Shown here in pieces: positions 1 through 11,020 of a stretch of 20,000 nt of DNA. The stretch covers positions 432,256-452,255 of the forward strand of contig JBEWZL010000121.1 of the NCBI GenBank assembly GCA_045837725.1, given 5' to 3'. A model generated the notes under the pieces. It was not told the origin of the DNA. It saw only the letters and a program-made list of their open reading frames with translations, and ran no database searches. Source of the stretch: Vermamoeba vermiformis (taxonomy: Eukaryota). The position numbers and the translations under genes were made by a program. Position 1 is the stretch's first letter. Each line of letters starts with the position of its first letter.

Positions 1-3000
1 GTCAGTTTGACACGTGTCAAGTCTGGAGGCGAGAATCAACTTACTCAGAAGCCAACATAGCGCAAATGTCCTCGGCCATAACAGTGCCGTCTTGGGCCAA
101 GCACTTGATCGATCGTTCTTTGATACCAGAACCACATTCTTGAGAGCAAGAAGACCAAGCGCTGTAGAGCACAACAGGCGAGTCTGACATGGACTTGGAG
201 CTCAAAGTGACTTCAACGAGGGCGTAGTTAGCGTAGTCCTCAGAAAACACGGCAATTTTCATGGAGCTGGCAGGAATGTTCGAAGGAATAGTCCAAGTGT
301 AAGATCCGGTGTTCAAGATGGCTGCAGTAGGAAGACCAGCACCGTTGAACCTACGGGCTAAGTAAGTACCAGATACCTATAATATACCTGTAAAATGCGA
401 GACTTACCAGTTTTCACCGTCCCAAGAAATGAAGAGCCAAACCTTGCCGTTGCGAGTGTTAGAAGCACCGCCAGTCCATCGAATCTGGACTTGGTTGGCA
501 ACAGAAGAGCGATCAGCCGGGCTAAGGATTCTGATAGCAGGCTGTGCCTCGCAAGTAGCGTACTTAGGCTCAGCGCATGTAAGATCAGAAGATGCACGCA
601 ACGCATGAGGACGAGCTGCCGCACCAGTAGCCTACGACGGAGTTAGCAATGATGAGCACAGAGAATGGAAGAATTGGACTTACAGCTAGCAGAAGAGAGA
701 CACTCGCCGCAGGTTGAGAACGAAGGGCAGCGAGCCTCACCGCAGCCAACAGTTGAAGCACAAGTTCTGTTGGTGTCCGGTCGAAGTTCGGGCACGCACA
801 AGCTGCAACAAACTGTTATTCAAGCCTTACAAGAGCACGAACCAACAGTGCTTACCTGTCACTAACGACATCACCGAAGTTGCTGACGCAAGAAATACGG
901 CGAGTTTGCACACCTTCACCGCAAGTGCTCGAGCAAGCTGTCCAATCTTCAGCATTCCAGAAGAAATACTCTTCAGCAGCACGCTTTCTTCTGATAGGAA
1001 TGCAGCCACGGCAACGAGCGCAGTTCAAATCAGTTTGAGGGATGAGAGTGGGAGTCATACTCCAAGGCAAACGGCCACCAAAGTTCCAAGTGGCGCGCAT
1101 CAAGCTGATCGGATCCAAACGCAACAAGCCATCAACACCGTAGTGGGTAGAGAAGAACGGGTTGACTTGAGGAGTGCAGAGTGATTGACGGCCAGCCAAG
1201 AGATTGGCACCAATGTAAGGACGGATTTGGATCACGAAAGGCACGGTGTCCCAAAGACGCAGAGTCAACTCAGGGTTGATGGTCACTCTGAAAGTCGCCG
1301 AACCAGTAGCAGTGAATTGTTGGTTGGTGATGGTGAAAGCGGGAGGGTTGAATTGGCGGAAAGGCTCAAATCTGGCCAAAAGTTAGACCTGCATCTGAAT
1401 CTCGAGCAAACCGAACTTGCCTGTTGCCATCGCGAACGAAGCGAACACCCATGTTAATGCTAGTAGTGCCAACGGCGGTGATCGAAGCGTCAGCACGGCC
1501 AGCAGCTTCCAAGCGACCAGTAATGGAAAGAGCAGCGCGAGGAACTGAGATCAAAAAAAAGATTAATGAAGGTAATAAATGGAATATTCCTTCCAAGCGA
1601 ACGACTAACGCGACATGATCGAGCATTAGACATTAAAGAGAAAGGTTAAGACAACGAAGTAGGCGCTTGAGTTCCATGTTTTTCGCAACGGATCTCTCGT
1701 CAGAATTGATTATGGGACTCTTGGACTGCTTCCCTAAAGCATTTGTAACCGTTTCATGGACTTACCAATGGTCACGGGAACAGGACCAATCGAGAAAGCA
1801 AGAGTAGGCAAGTTAACGCCATTAACAACAGTAATGGTACGAGTGTTGGTGACGGCGAATTGGGCGAAGGCAGCAAGTGACACCTGGAGTCGGTTGCAAT
1901 GAGTTACATATTCAATGAACGAAGCATGACGGGGTGTACGTACACCTAATTCAGCGTTACCAAAAGCGCGCAACATGAAGCGATCCAAACGAGGCAAGAT
2001 CTGAGTCAAGCGGAAGGCAGTGATGCCAATGTCGAACTCAACACCAACGTTGCTGGTGAAATAGCAGCGAGGGCAAGTGATTTGGAAGGCAGTACCTGAC
2101 AACCAACGTTAATAACGATGCACATCCGGCGTCAAAGTGTCTGGGTATTATGATCAATGACGTACCACTTTGCACGATGGTATGGGCACGAGGATTGGGG
2201 AAGTTGACATTCCAGGGCACGTTCCATCGTCTGTTGAATCGGATGTTCTCGTCACGCTTCAAGCTGGTCTCAGCGGCTTCAACGCGCAACTTGATGTTGG
2301 CCTCGACGAAGCAGTCAGTGAAGTCCCTATAATATTGCAAATCCGTTGAGATACGCACATAGCCGACAAGTACTGTCACATTTGTGAATCTGAAAGTTCT
2401 ACGTACTTTTTGACAGTAGCAAGAGTCAAGGTTTTGACGTCGGATGCGATGACTTCGGTGACCTCTCTGTAGAAAGAGATAGGAGCCTCATCGACTTCAG
2501 ACAAGCAGTTCCACTTCAAACCACCTGCCAACAACTTTCCAACCCAGTTGTCTTGAGGAACATCTTTGGCGTTGGAAAACTCGATCTAAAAATGTGTTGA
2601 CATTTTGGAACATTCCATATTCGTGCCCAAATGTGACCTACCTTGATACTATTAGCGAAGCACGAAACCGATTGAACTGAGGACTCGTGGTCTAAGCTGA
2701 TCAAATTCTCGACAGTCATGACGTCGTATTTGAGCTGGAATGCAGGTAATTCATCGCTGTCATCATTCTTGACCGATAAGTCCAGTGTATAATTGCGAGG
2801 AGCATCTTTAACTGGAATAATGTTGCTGTGCACCAACGTGTCAAATTGATCTTGATCTTCGTGTCAAAATAAATATTATCAGTATTCAATCATTTATGCT
2901 ACAAAGTTGTCTATTACGCTATTAAAAATTAAATATTAACGGTATTGGCCGTTATTAATCGTAAATGTCCTTTCCGTAATCAACTAAAAATAAATATCGG

Positions 3001-3143
3001 CAGATGTGGCTTTGTCGCCTAATGCTGAATTAACTTGTGGCGCTTTCGTCATATTATATACTATCACATATCCTCCTACCTAAAGTCATTGCTTGAACTC
3101 CGAAAGCGAAGACCAAGCAGATGAGCAACACCTTCATGAACAT
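1..3143 (-). CDS. Secreted/cell-surface multidomain protein: signal peptide, large beta-rich N-terminal region, RRKR site, TSP1 repeat, PSI-like Cys domain, Ig-like (Kre9/GPI-anchored-type) domain, second TSP1 repeat. Multi-exon, 3' end outside the window, one apparent frameshift near 600.
   Basis: Exon 1 (3143-3080) reads MFMKVLLICLVFAFGVQAMTL, a signal peptide. Spliced exons join the ORF-track fragments. TSP1 motifs WTACSSTCGEGVQTRRISC and WSSCSQECGSGIKERSIKC; PSI-like CPSFSTCGECLSSASCYWCGSSSSC; NTGSYTWTIP motif. Strong C/T-ending codon bias. Confidence 0.8.
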
Positions 3144-3409
3144 TGTTCGTCGTTGTTGAATCAACTAACAATGTAGATTGGTGAGTGTTGGTGTCACGTT
3201 AAAAAATAATTGGCAGATAGATTTTCGAGACCTGGTGAAGTTTCCTATCGGAGAAATTGCTGGGCTGTCGTTTTTTTGGCAATTTTAATAGACGTGCATA
3301 AGAATATAACGAGCTAATATAAATGGGCAAGTAGTATTTGATATTGTATTTGACAGCTAGATTACAAGGCAGTATGGTATAATACACGCTAACGATGATT
3401 TTTTTTTGC

Positions 3410-5305
3410 TCATCCGCCGTGTTTGCCGTGCTTGCCCTCGAGTTTCAAATATCTCTTGGCGAATTCGTAGGTGAGATAAGTGACCCAGTTGGCAGGAACA
3501 GTCTTCAACAAGGCAGGACCAACACCGCGGTACAAGCCGAACGCTCCTTCCTTGCGCACAGTCTTGACCATCACATCCATCAGACCGCTGTACTTTTCTT
3601 GCCCAGGCAAGTGTTGACAGATCAGTCGGGCCTTGAACACGTGCAAAGGATACGAGACTAATTGGCCACAAATGCTGGAGGCAGTGCTGCATGCCAACAA
3701 GTGCCACACCTTCGGTTGCTTTTCACCAGTGACCTTGAGAATGTCTGTAAGCAAAGGTGAGTCACGAGCCTGAGAAGCATTAGTTATAGCGTGCTACTTA
3801 CAGTTCTTAACGGTCTCGTAGACAGTCAAGTTGGTGCCACTCGCAGGGATCGTGCTCAGAAGTGAGGGCAACAAACCACGATAGAACGGAATGAACGTGC
3901 CTTCAGTCTTCGCAATGACCTTGAATGCATCGCCGATGCCTTTGTAAGTGCCCTTAGGAGCAGCAGCTAAGCGAGTCTTGATGACTAAGGGTGGTTAGTA
4001 TTGCAGATCTCTCGGATCAGGTTAGGTCTTTGGGCACGTACCTTCGAGAGGGAAGACAGAAGTGTGGGCAGCAACACCAGCCATACCACCAGAAATGAAT
4101 CGTTGCCACGGAGCAAGTTCCGCATCAGTGGGAGCAAAGACACGTTTCATGGACTCGTACGTGAAGAACTTTACTGCTGATTCTGGAGCGACCTTCAACA
4201 CGTTAGCACCGTTACCACGGAAGAAGCCAATGACTCCACCATCCTACAGACACACCATTAGCATCGATTTAATATTATTTTGGCAATTGACGATGGTCGT
4301 ACTCGGTAAATTCGCTTCAAACCCTCGATCATGTTAGGTGGCTTCGCAGTTGAAATTTGGTACATAATTTTCAGACGCTCAAGCGGAGCTGTAATAGTAC
4401 GCGAGGCAGTGCCTGCTAACGCACCGGCGGCGAGGTACTGTTGAAGTATTATTAAGAGGTCATAAAACGGATCCGAAAAGTGCGTACCGACAACGAGTCA
4501 AAAACAGACTTGGGTTTGTGAGTAGGAGGCGGAACTACTTCGTTTTCTCCTGCCATCATGACTGCATCGGCCCAATATTGGAAAATAGATTCGATGGAGA
4601 CCGAAGGAGCTAAATACAGGAATTCCTAAAAGTCGAAAAATTAGATCTGCTTTAGATTGCCGAGAAATATGAAGACGTACCTGCCACTCGTTGAAGTCAA
4701 TAACACCATCGTGATTAGTATCGATTTTGTTCATAAGGGCCTTAACGTTGTCATCATCAATCGGCATATGCAACTTTTCTACGGAGGCTTTGACCTAATG
4801 AGAAATCGCTTAATAAATTTTCAAATATTATTTAATATTTATAATGAGGCAAGGGAGTTCAAAAGAATGCTTCCAAGCCATAGTGAGATCGAGTTGAAAT
4901 TTAAATTTTACCTCAGCGAGATCAATTGTGCCACTCTTATTTGTGTCCAACTCATCGAATACTCTTCTGAGCTCAGCTCGTTGTTTTTTAACGAAGGAGT
5001 CGAATTCCTATTTTCCGAATTAATATTTTTTAGTTAGCCGTTGAATTATTATTTTTACTTCAAAAGAGATCTCGCCGTCGTGGTCTGTATCGAGCGATCT
5101 AAGAAAATCATCGACATCTTTATCTCTTGATGGCAATTTTAAAGCTCTTAAACCTTCTTTAATTTCCGCCCGCGAGATCTTTCCACTCTTGTCTCGATCT
5201 GATTGTCCGCTATTAGCTCAATTATCGCTAATGATAGTGCTCCTTACCAAAGTGATCGAAGATCGTGCGAGCTTTCTCGTCGGTAATATTGCTCGGTGTG
5301 GTCAT
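3410..5305 (-). CDS. SCaMC: Calcium-binding mitochondrial carrier (ATP-Mg/Pi carrier, SLC25A23/24/25 / Sal1 family), multi-exon
   Basis: Spliced translation from ATG 5305 (MTTPSNITDEKAR) gives four EF-hand loops (DRDKSGKISRAE, DTDHDGEISFEE, DTNKSGTIDLAE, DTNHDGVIDFNE). Three carrier repeats follow: PLERLKI, PLEVIKTR, PLHVFKAR, plus FFRGNGANVLKVAPESAVKF. Stop at 3410. Confidence 0.93.
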
Positions 5306-5669
5306 CTGTTGAAATTTAAAATCTTAAAGACAAAGAGAGCGAACACAACTGCTTTAAGTATTAGAAAGAGCTGATTAGAAATCGATATGATATGTATCGA
5401 GAATGATAGGGCAATGGGTGCCTGGCGTTGCAATGGCGTCGAGCAAAGTATCAAAAATCGCATGAAGTTTTTATGCAACAGCCTTTGGAATTTTGCAACA
5501 AGATATTATAGTTTAAATACTTTGCGTTAATCAAACGCTTTCGAGTCCCGTCGGACACATTTACCGTTTCAGATTCTGGTCGATCTTGGTTCTTCCGCGA
5601 TACTCAAATTACAATTAATAGTCCTACTGTTTCGGCGTATCGTGCTGCAGATAATCAAGGTATTGTCAA

Positions 5670-5681
5670 TTTGGCGCGAAA
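5670..5681. promoter_or_regulatory. Double-sided E2F/DP-type site TTTGGCGCGAAA in the divergent SCaMC/Wee1 intergenic region
   Basis: Matches TTTSSCGC on both strands. The reverse complement TTTCGCGCCAAA is the classic DHFR-promoter E2F element. It lies about 240 nt upstream of the Wee1 ATG. Confidence 0.55.
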
Positions 5682-5920
5682 TATCTTTCTAGGAACTCCT
5701 ATTTCTTGGCAAAGCGGAATAACCGATTTGCGCGCGCTTTTTTTTATTTAAAAATACTTGAACCGCTGGTACTTTTTCAATCTGTCACGGTTGGCAACAA
5801 CACAACTTGTTATTATATATCATTATATTTGTACATATTTAGTTTTATCCCTTGTAGTATACGGATTCAGAGGATTTCCGTCAAATCCGATTTTGAAATA
5901 TTAAGCAATCAGCTTTGGAA

Positions 5921-8483
5921 ATGGAGAGACGACGCGCAAAATTTGCACCGAGGAGATTATTATTTTCAGATAATGATGAGGATACTCTGACCGAACAAAG
6001 CAACGCTTCGGTAAGAATAACTTAGTATTTGAAAATCACTTTTTTGCTCGGTTTACAGTATTTTACGCTAATATATAATTATATATTAATACCGAGAAAT
6101 TATATAACGCAAGGAATTTTAAATTCGATACACAATTAGATCAATTCAAATTTGTAACCCGTAATGCGATTAATTGGGGTATATCGACGAGTATAAGAAT
6201 CTAATCGTTATATATCGCGTAGGTACCTTCACTAAACTCATCTTCATTCTTGCAATCGCCTTCGCCTGCCACACCAGGCCTGTCGTCTTTGTCATCTTCT
6301 TTTGAATCGCCTCAATCACAATTTCAGACCCCAGACAGTTCAGGCTCATCACAAACACATAGGTCGATATGCCCGCCTACACCTGTAAGTAAAGGCCCGA
6401 AAAAGATTCTTCGATCGGAAGCGCCGAATGCTGATCGTTGATTTTCAGACCCCTGCTCGCTCGTTCGCGCGATCAACTCCTAATTATAGAGCACTAAAAA
6501 CAGAGTCTCCGGCATATCAATCGCTGATCCGGTCAGTTTTGATCCCCGAATCGCCGGAAGTGGAGATGCACGATCTGAACGGCAAGGACAAGAACAATGG
6601 TCTCTTAAACTTCCCCGATGCACCTTCTATTATGCTCACACCTGCTGGAGTCTTAAACTCACCGAAGAAGTTCCACGCCACATCTCCTCGTACTTTCAGG
6701 ACAGCAAGTGCCCCGCCAACAAATTTGAACATCAATTTATTCCCTGGTACTACTTCTGCACCATCAAGTTCCGTTCAACTCAAAAACAATGTGAATCCGT
6801 TCAGTCCCGATCATCGACACGTTCGATCGCACGTAACGGTGCCTATGGAGCCCAATACGACCATGTCGCGATACCTTCAAGATTTTGATGAAATTTCAGT
6901 GCTCTCGAAGGGCCGTTACAGCACTGTTTGCAAGTCTTTCAATCGCGTTGATGGATGCTTTTACGCGATCAAGAAAGTGAAGTACAGAACGGTGCGCGAG
7001 AAGGAATGTTTCTTGCAAGAGGTCTATGCACTCGCAGCTATCAGAGATCACTCACATATCATGCGATACAACACTGCTTGGGTCGATGAAGAAGAAAGAA
7101 TGATCTACATCCAGACTGAATTTTGCTCGGGCGGATCTTTGGCTCAATTTGTTGCAGCAACGAACAATTTCGCTCCTAGTGCTGCTCATCCTACGTCTAG
7201 CACACCACATGTTCACCTCGCTGCTCAAAGACGAACGTCAAATCCAGACGACAACAAGATCGGCATGAGCGAGAAAGAGCTGTGTGTGATGATCAATCAA
7301 ATAGCAAAGGCACTCGATTATTTGCACCACAGAGAGATGGTCCATTTTGATATCAAGCCAGACAATATCTTCATTTCACCGAGTACAGACAAAACCACAT
7401 CCGCTGGTCACGATGAATCTTTTGCTAAGCCACACGATCAGCCTTCACTACTAAGGCCGTGCTATAAGCTCGGAGATCTAGGCCTCATCAGCGACATTAG
7501 AGCCAAATCAGTAGACTACAATGAAGGTACGTGAAATTGATCACAGATCAGATCCGGCTGTTTCAGGCGATCAAATATTGGTTAATATGGATACTAATCA
7601 TACATTATTATTAATAGGTGATAATAAGTACCTGTCCCGAGAACTCCTCGAATTCGAAATGTCAACAGATAACTGGCAAAAGCGGCTGTTATTGCCCAAG
7701 TCAGACATTTTCAGCTTGGGCTGCACGGCGTACGAATTAGCACGTGGTCACGCACTGCCACAGAGCGGCGATGAATACGACGCGATTAGACGTGCTGAAA
7801 TCTACCTAGATCCAACCAAGTTTTCCCACGAATTCATTAACCTGTTACGCGTAAGTAACAAACGCTCTCATAGGATAATATTTCATATATACTAATGTCA
7901 ACTTTCTTATTAGTGGATGTTAGATCCGAATCCGGCCAATAGACCTTCAGCGCGGGATCTGCAGTTACATTCGTTAATAGCGGATAACACAGCAGACACT
8001 AGTGACTTAAAAGCGCGTATTAGTGCGCTCGAAGAAGAAATTCAAGACCTCAAAACAAAGCAGCAACAACGCGAGTTCAAATTGCGAAGACAAAGTTTTA
8101 GTCCTGCGCCGAAGAATAGAAGCAAGAGATCTGTTTGGGGCGAAGACGAACTCGAAATTTCATTGTCGAGGACGTTGACTAAATATGGCAAAGAGCTGGA
8201 CAGCGAATTAGTGAAGACGATCGCGCACGAAATCCGGTTACAAATGGAAACAACGAGATTTAGAAGTCAACAACAGACCTATAGTCCTACTCAAGATGTG
8301 AATAGTTCATATTTCAATCGCAATTATGTGTCTCTTAACGAGTCATATGACGGCGACGTTGACGAAAGTAGATGCGACAGCTCAGTGGATGCAGCTCCAA
8401 GTTTGAACAAAATGCGAAGTAATTCAGCGGAGACTATTAGAGATGTGCCGCGGATAGTCTTGACGCCTGCAATGAGTCAATAA
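5921..8483 (+). CDS. WEE1: Wee1-family CDK-inhibitory kinase, 5 exons (5921-6010, 6223-6384, 6449-7526, 7618-7850, 7914-8483), about 710 aa
   Basis: All splice phases are compatible. S/T-P-rich N-terminus with an RRLLF cyclin-docking-like motif; Wee-box-like NVNPFSPD; SRYLQDFDE; YAIKK; EVYALA; HFDIKPDNIF; YKLGDLG; EGDNKYLSRE; KSDIFSLG; C-terminal coiled coil. Confidence 0.92.
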
Positions 8484-9599
8484 TAAGAAAAATAATTATA
8501 ATATAATACCGTTTAAAAACAAACAAATTGTACCCTTAGTCAGTTAATGTTAATAGTCTTGTAAAATATGAAAACAACATAAAAAATCGATACATCGGTC
8601 ACTTAATACCATATAAGTGCTTATTATAAGTCTGTAGCCTCTTGCTGTGAATTTTCAATTGCCTTGCTGAAAATTGGATCGCTATCTTTATTTAGTTTTG
8701 TAAGCAATGAATACGTATCAAGAGTCGAGCATAGAGTTTGTTAAAAATCATTGGTACGTTTCACCTACATGGTATTCGTGGCCATTGGTAGCAATCGGAG
8801 GTAAAGACTATTTTGAACGGATGCCGGCATCAAATTACTATTAAAAAATTTCTGACTTGATAACATATTACGCAAACACTAGTAGTAGTCAATTTGATAT
8901 CCATTGGCATTTTTCGAATTTTTGAAAATTAATTCAATTTCAATTTTGGATCTCGTTGGGAGATTAACAAGCGTTAGGTTCCCTATTGACTACCTACGTT
9001 ATTCTGGTAACAGTTTCGAAAGGTCTCGATCCTCTTTTACGCAAATATTACAATCGAAAGCCAACAGCTGAAGGTCGATTATTTACGTGGTCTTGTAAGT
9101 CCGGATCCAATCGTCTATGACCACCGTATTAATTAATATATTATAGCTTATATAATCACTGGTCTGTTTAGCTTTGGAGCTGGGTATATTTGGGGAATAG
9201 CGCACGGACTGGGCTTGGCTGGCTTTGTTAAATTGTACGCATTCCTAGCGAGAAAATTTCATGAAGGATTGGAATAAAATGTTTTTAAACGATTAGAATT
9301 AATCGATGAATCTCAAAAAAAGATGTTTTAAAAGGAATTTGTACTTCGATTAGTTTTTCATCTTCAAGACGACCACGTATGATAATCATCGGGCTTGCAA
9401 GCTTCCGCAGTCGTTGGGTGCTTGACAATCGCTTAAAGTCGGGTAGTCGCCTTGTGTGCTGCAACGGGAGGCGATTGACTTCTACGGGTTCGGTCAAAAA
9501 GGCGACCAAAAATTTCAGACCTACAACTCTTCGGGTTGTCGGGCAAAAAAACCCCGAGCCTACCTTCCAAAAAACCGACCTTGGGCGACATTCCAATTC

Positions 9600-9628
9600 T
9601 TAATACGCACCTGTTTAATACGTACCTG
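9600..9628. repeat. Near-perfect 14-bp tandem duplication TTAATACG(C/T)ACCTG
   Basis: 9600-9613 ttaatacgcacctg and 9615-9628 ttaatacgtacctg, one mismatch. Confidence 0.8.
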
Positions 9629-9904
9629 ATGAAGTAAAGTATTCACTTGCATGATTAAGCAGCGTTCCTGGCAATAAATTGCCGATGCGCGTCTGATCAA
9701 CGAGGATTTTTCTATACTGTTCGTAACGTGTGCCACTATATTTTATTGTATTAATTATACTTGCAGCAGGCTTGAAGTATGCCCCGGTAAGGGTAAACTA
9801 ATTTAAATGCAAGATTCGCTGCCTGATCTTAGCTTATTTCCCAAGAAAGGTATTTAAAGCATTATATTTATTGATAGTTTATATTTTGTAATATTATAAA
9901 TTAC

Positions 9905-10047
9905 TTTAAACCCATTTTAGCTACAAACGCGCCTCGATCTAACGATCCACTCTCTCTTTTGATCTAATATACTCTTAAGCTCTTTTCTCAGGCGAATTCT
10001 GGTGCACACAAAATTTAATCGATTTAAAAAACCATTTTAGCTGCAAA
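9905..10047 (+). repeat. Dispersed direct repeat ccattttagct(a/g)caaa, two copies 120 nt apart
   Basis: tttaaacccattttagctacaaa (9905-9927) and tttaaaaaaccattttagctgcaaa (10023-10047). Both resemble 3' splice sites. Confidence 0.7.
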
Positions 10048-11020
10048 AGGCGCTACTACACGGAAGAGGCCGGTCATCTTCGCCGATCTCTGCTGAAAGA
10101 AATTTACTTTTCATTATACCTTACTTTCAGCAATGATCAATACAGTTATATCCGAGGAAATTCATGAAACTCATTAAAACTTTATTATTGAAGCTGTTTA
10201 GCAGAAATCGATGCGGTGCAGAGCGAACGGAAGTGGGATCTCGATTGCGAACCACATCCAAGATTGGCGAGACCGGTGAGCCTCTTTTACTTAAATTTCC
10301 CTATCGAGAATTTTTTTACTAATTATAAGCAATAGAGCTGCCAGTCTGACGAGTGGAATTTCATTTACACGAGTGTAATGGCAAGAGCGCGTTTAACTTC
10401 GCTGGATCCATTCAAACATCGAGTCAGCCCCAATTGTGCCAATGTGTCATAACTAATACGAATTTAAGAGACAAAATATGCACTTTTGATAATTAAAAGC
10501 AGCGTTATAAGCTGCTCGTGTCAAAGAAAAAGCAAGGGCATTATTGCGCTGAGCAGATTCGCATTCAAAACCGCTCGGAAAATCCGCGAGGGCATTCATT
10601 AATAGACAATAGAAGCGCTATATATACCCAAATATTGACGACCAAGCTTGAACTTCAAACCACTTTTTGTTCGACAATCTGTATTCATAGCTATTAAGAT
10701 ATTAATGACTGTTGTAATATATATAATATAACTTCATATATAATCAACCTTTGTGTGCATAATTAAGATTCTTAACTTTAGCTGGATTCGGGATTCGGTT
10801 CTCAGAACGAAAGTAAAATAATACTGCTTTACTATAATACGATGTTCGTCGAAATATTGCAAGGATATTTGTGGCAGCAGCATCTATGGTATTAAATCCA
10901 CAAGCGAAGAGTAGAGAGATCGAATTGGAATGCTGTTCCAAATCCGCATCGCTACATCTGGTATTAATTTGGGCTTGATCGACATCACTTGACTGGCGAG
11001 TGAGAATATTGGATGAATTG

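Noticed and set aside
7-20. Palindrome TTGACACGTGTCAA, with TGACACGTGTCA again at 17647-17658, as possible element ends
   Set aside because: The first copy is inside an intron, the copies are 17.6 kb apart across housekeeping genes, and the flanks share no similarity.
395-1618. Plus-strand ORFs (395-646, 665-865, 714-1184, 1185-1457, 1424-1618)
   Set aside because: Antisense shadows of the codon-biased minus-strand TSP1 gene.
8600-8910. Possible small minus-strand gene downstream of Wee1
   Set aside because: No consistent spliced open frame could be built.
9015-9525. RNase P-like pairing of gaaaggtctcga (about 9017) with aatttcagacctac (about 9510)
   Set aside because: The match is loose, the intervening sequence is long and AT-rich, and no other conserved regions are seen. 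It would need Infernal support.
9285-9603. Overlapping 103-aa (minus) and 74-aa (plus) ORFs
   Set aside because: No recognisable motifs; open frames are expected by chance in a GC-rich patch.
8484-11020. CRISPR array, tRNA/rRNA or autonomous transposon
   Set aside because: No regularly spaced repeats, cloverleaf, rRNA motifs, transposase/RT motifs or terminal inverted repeats were seen.
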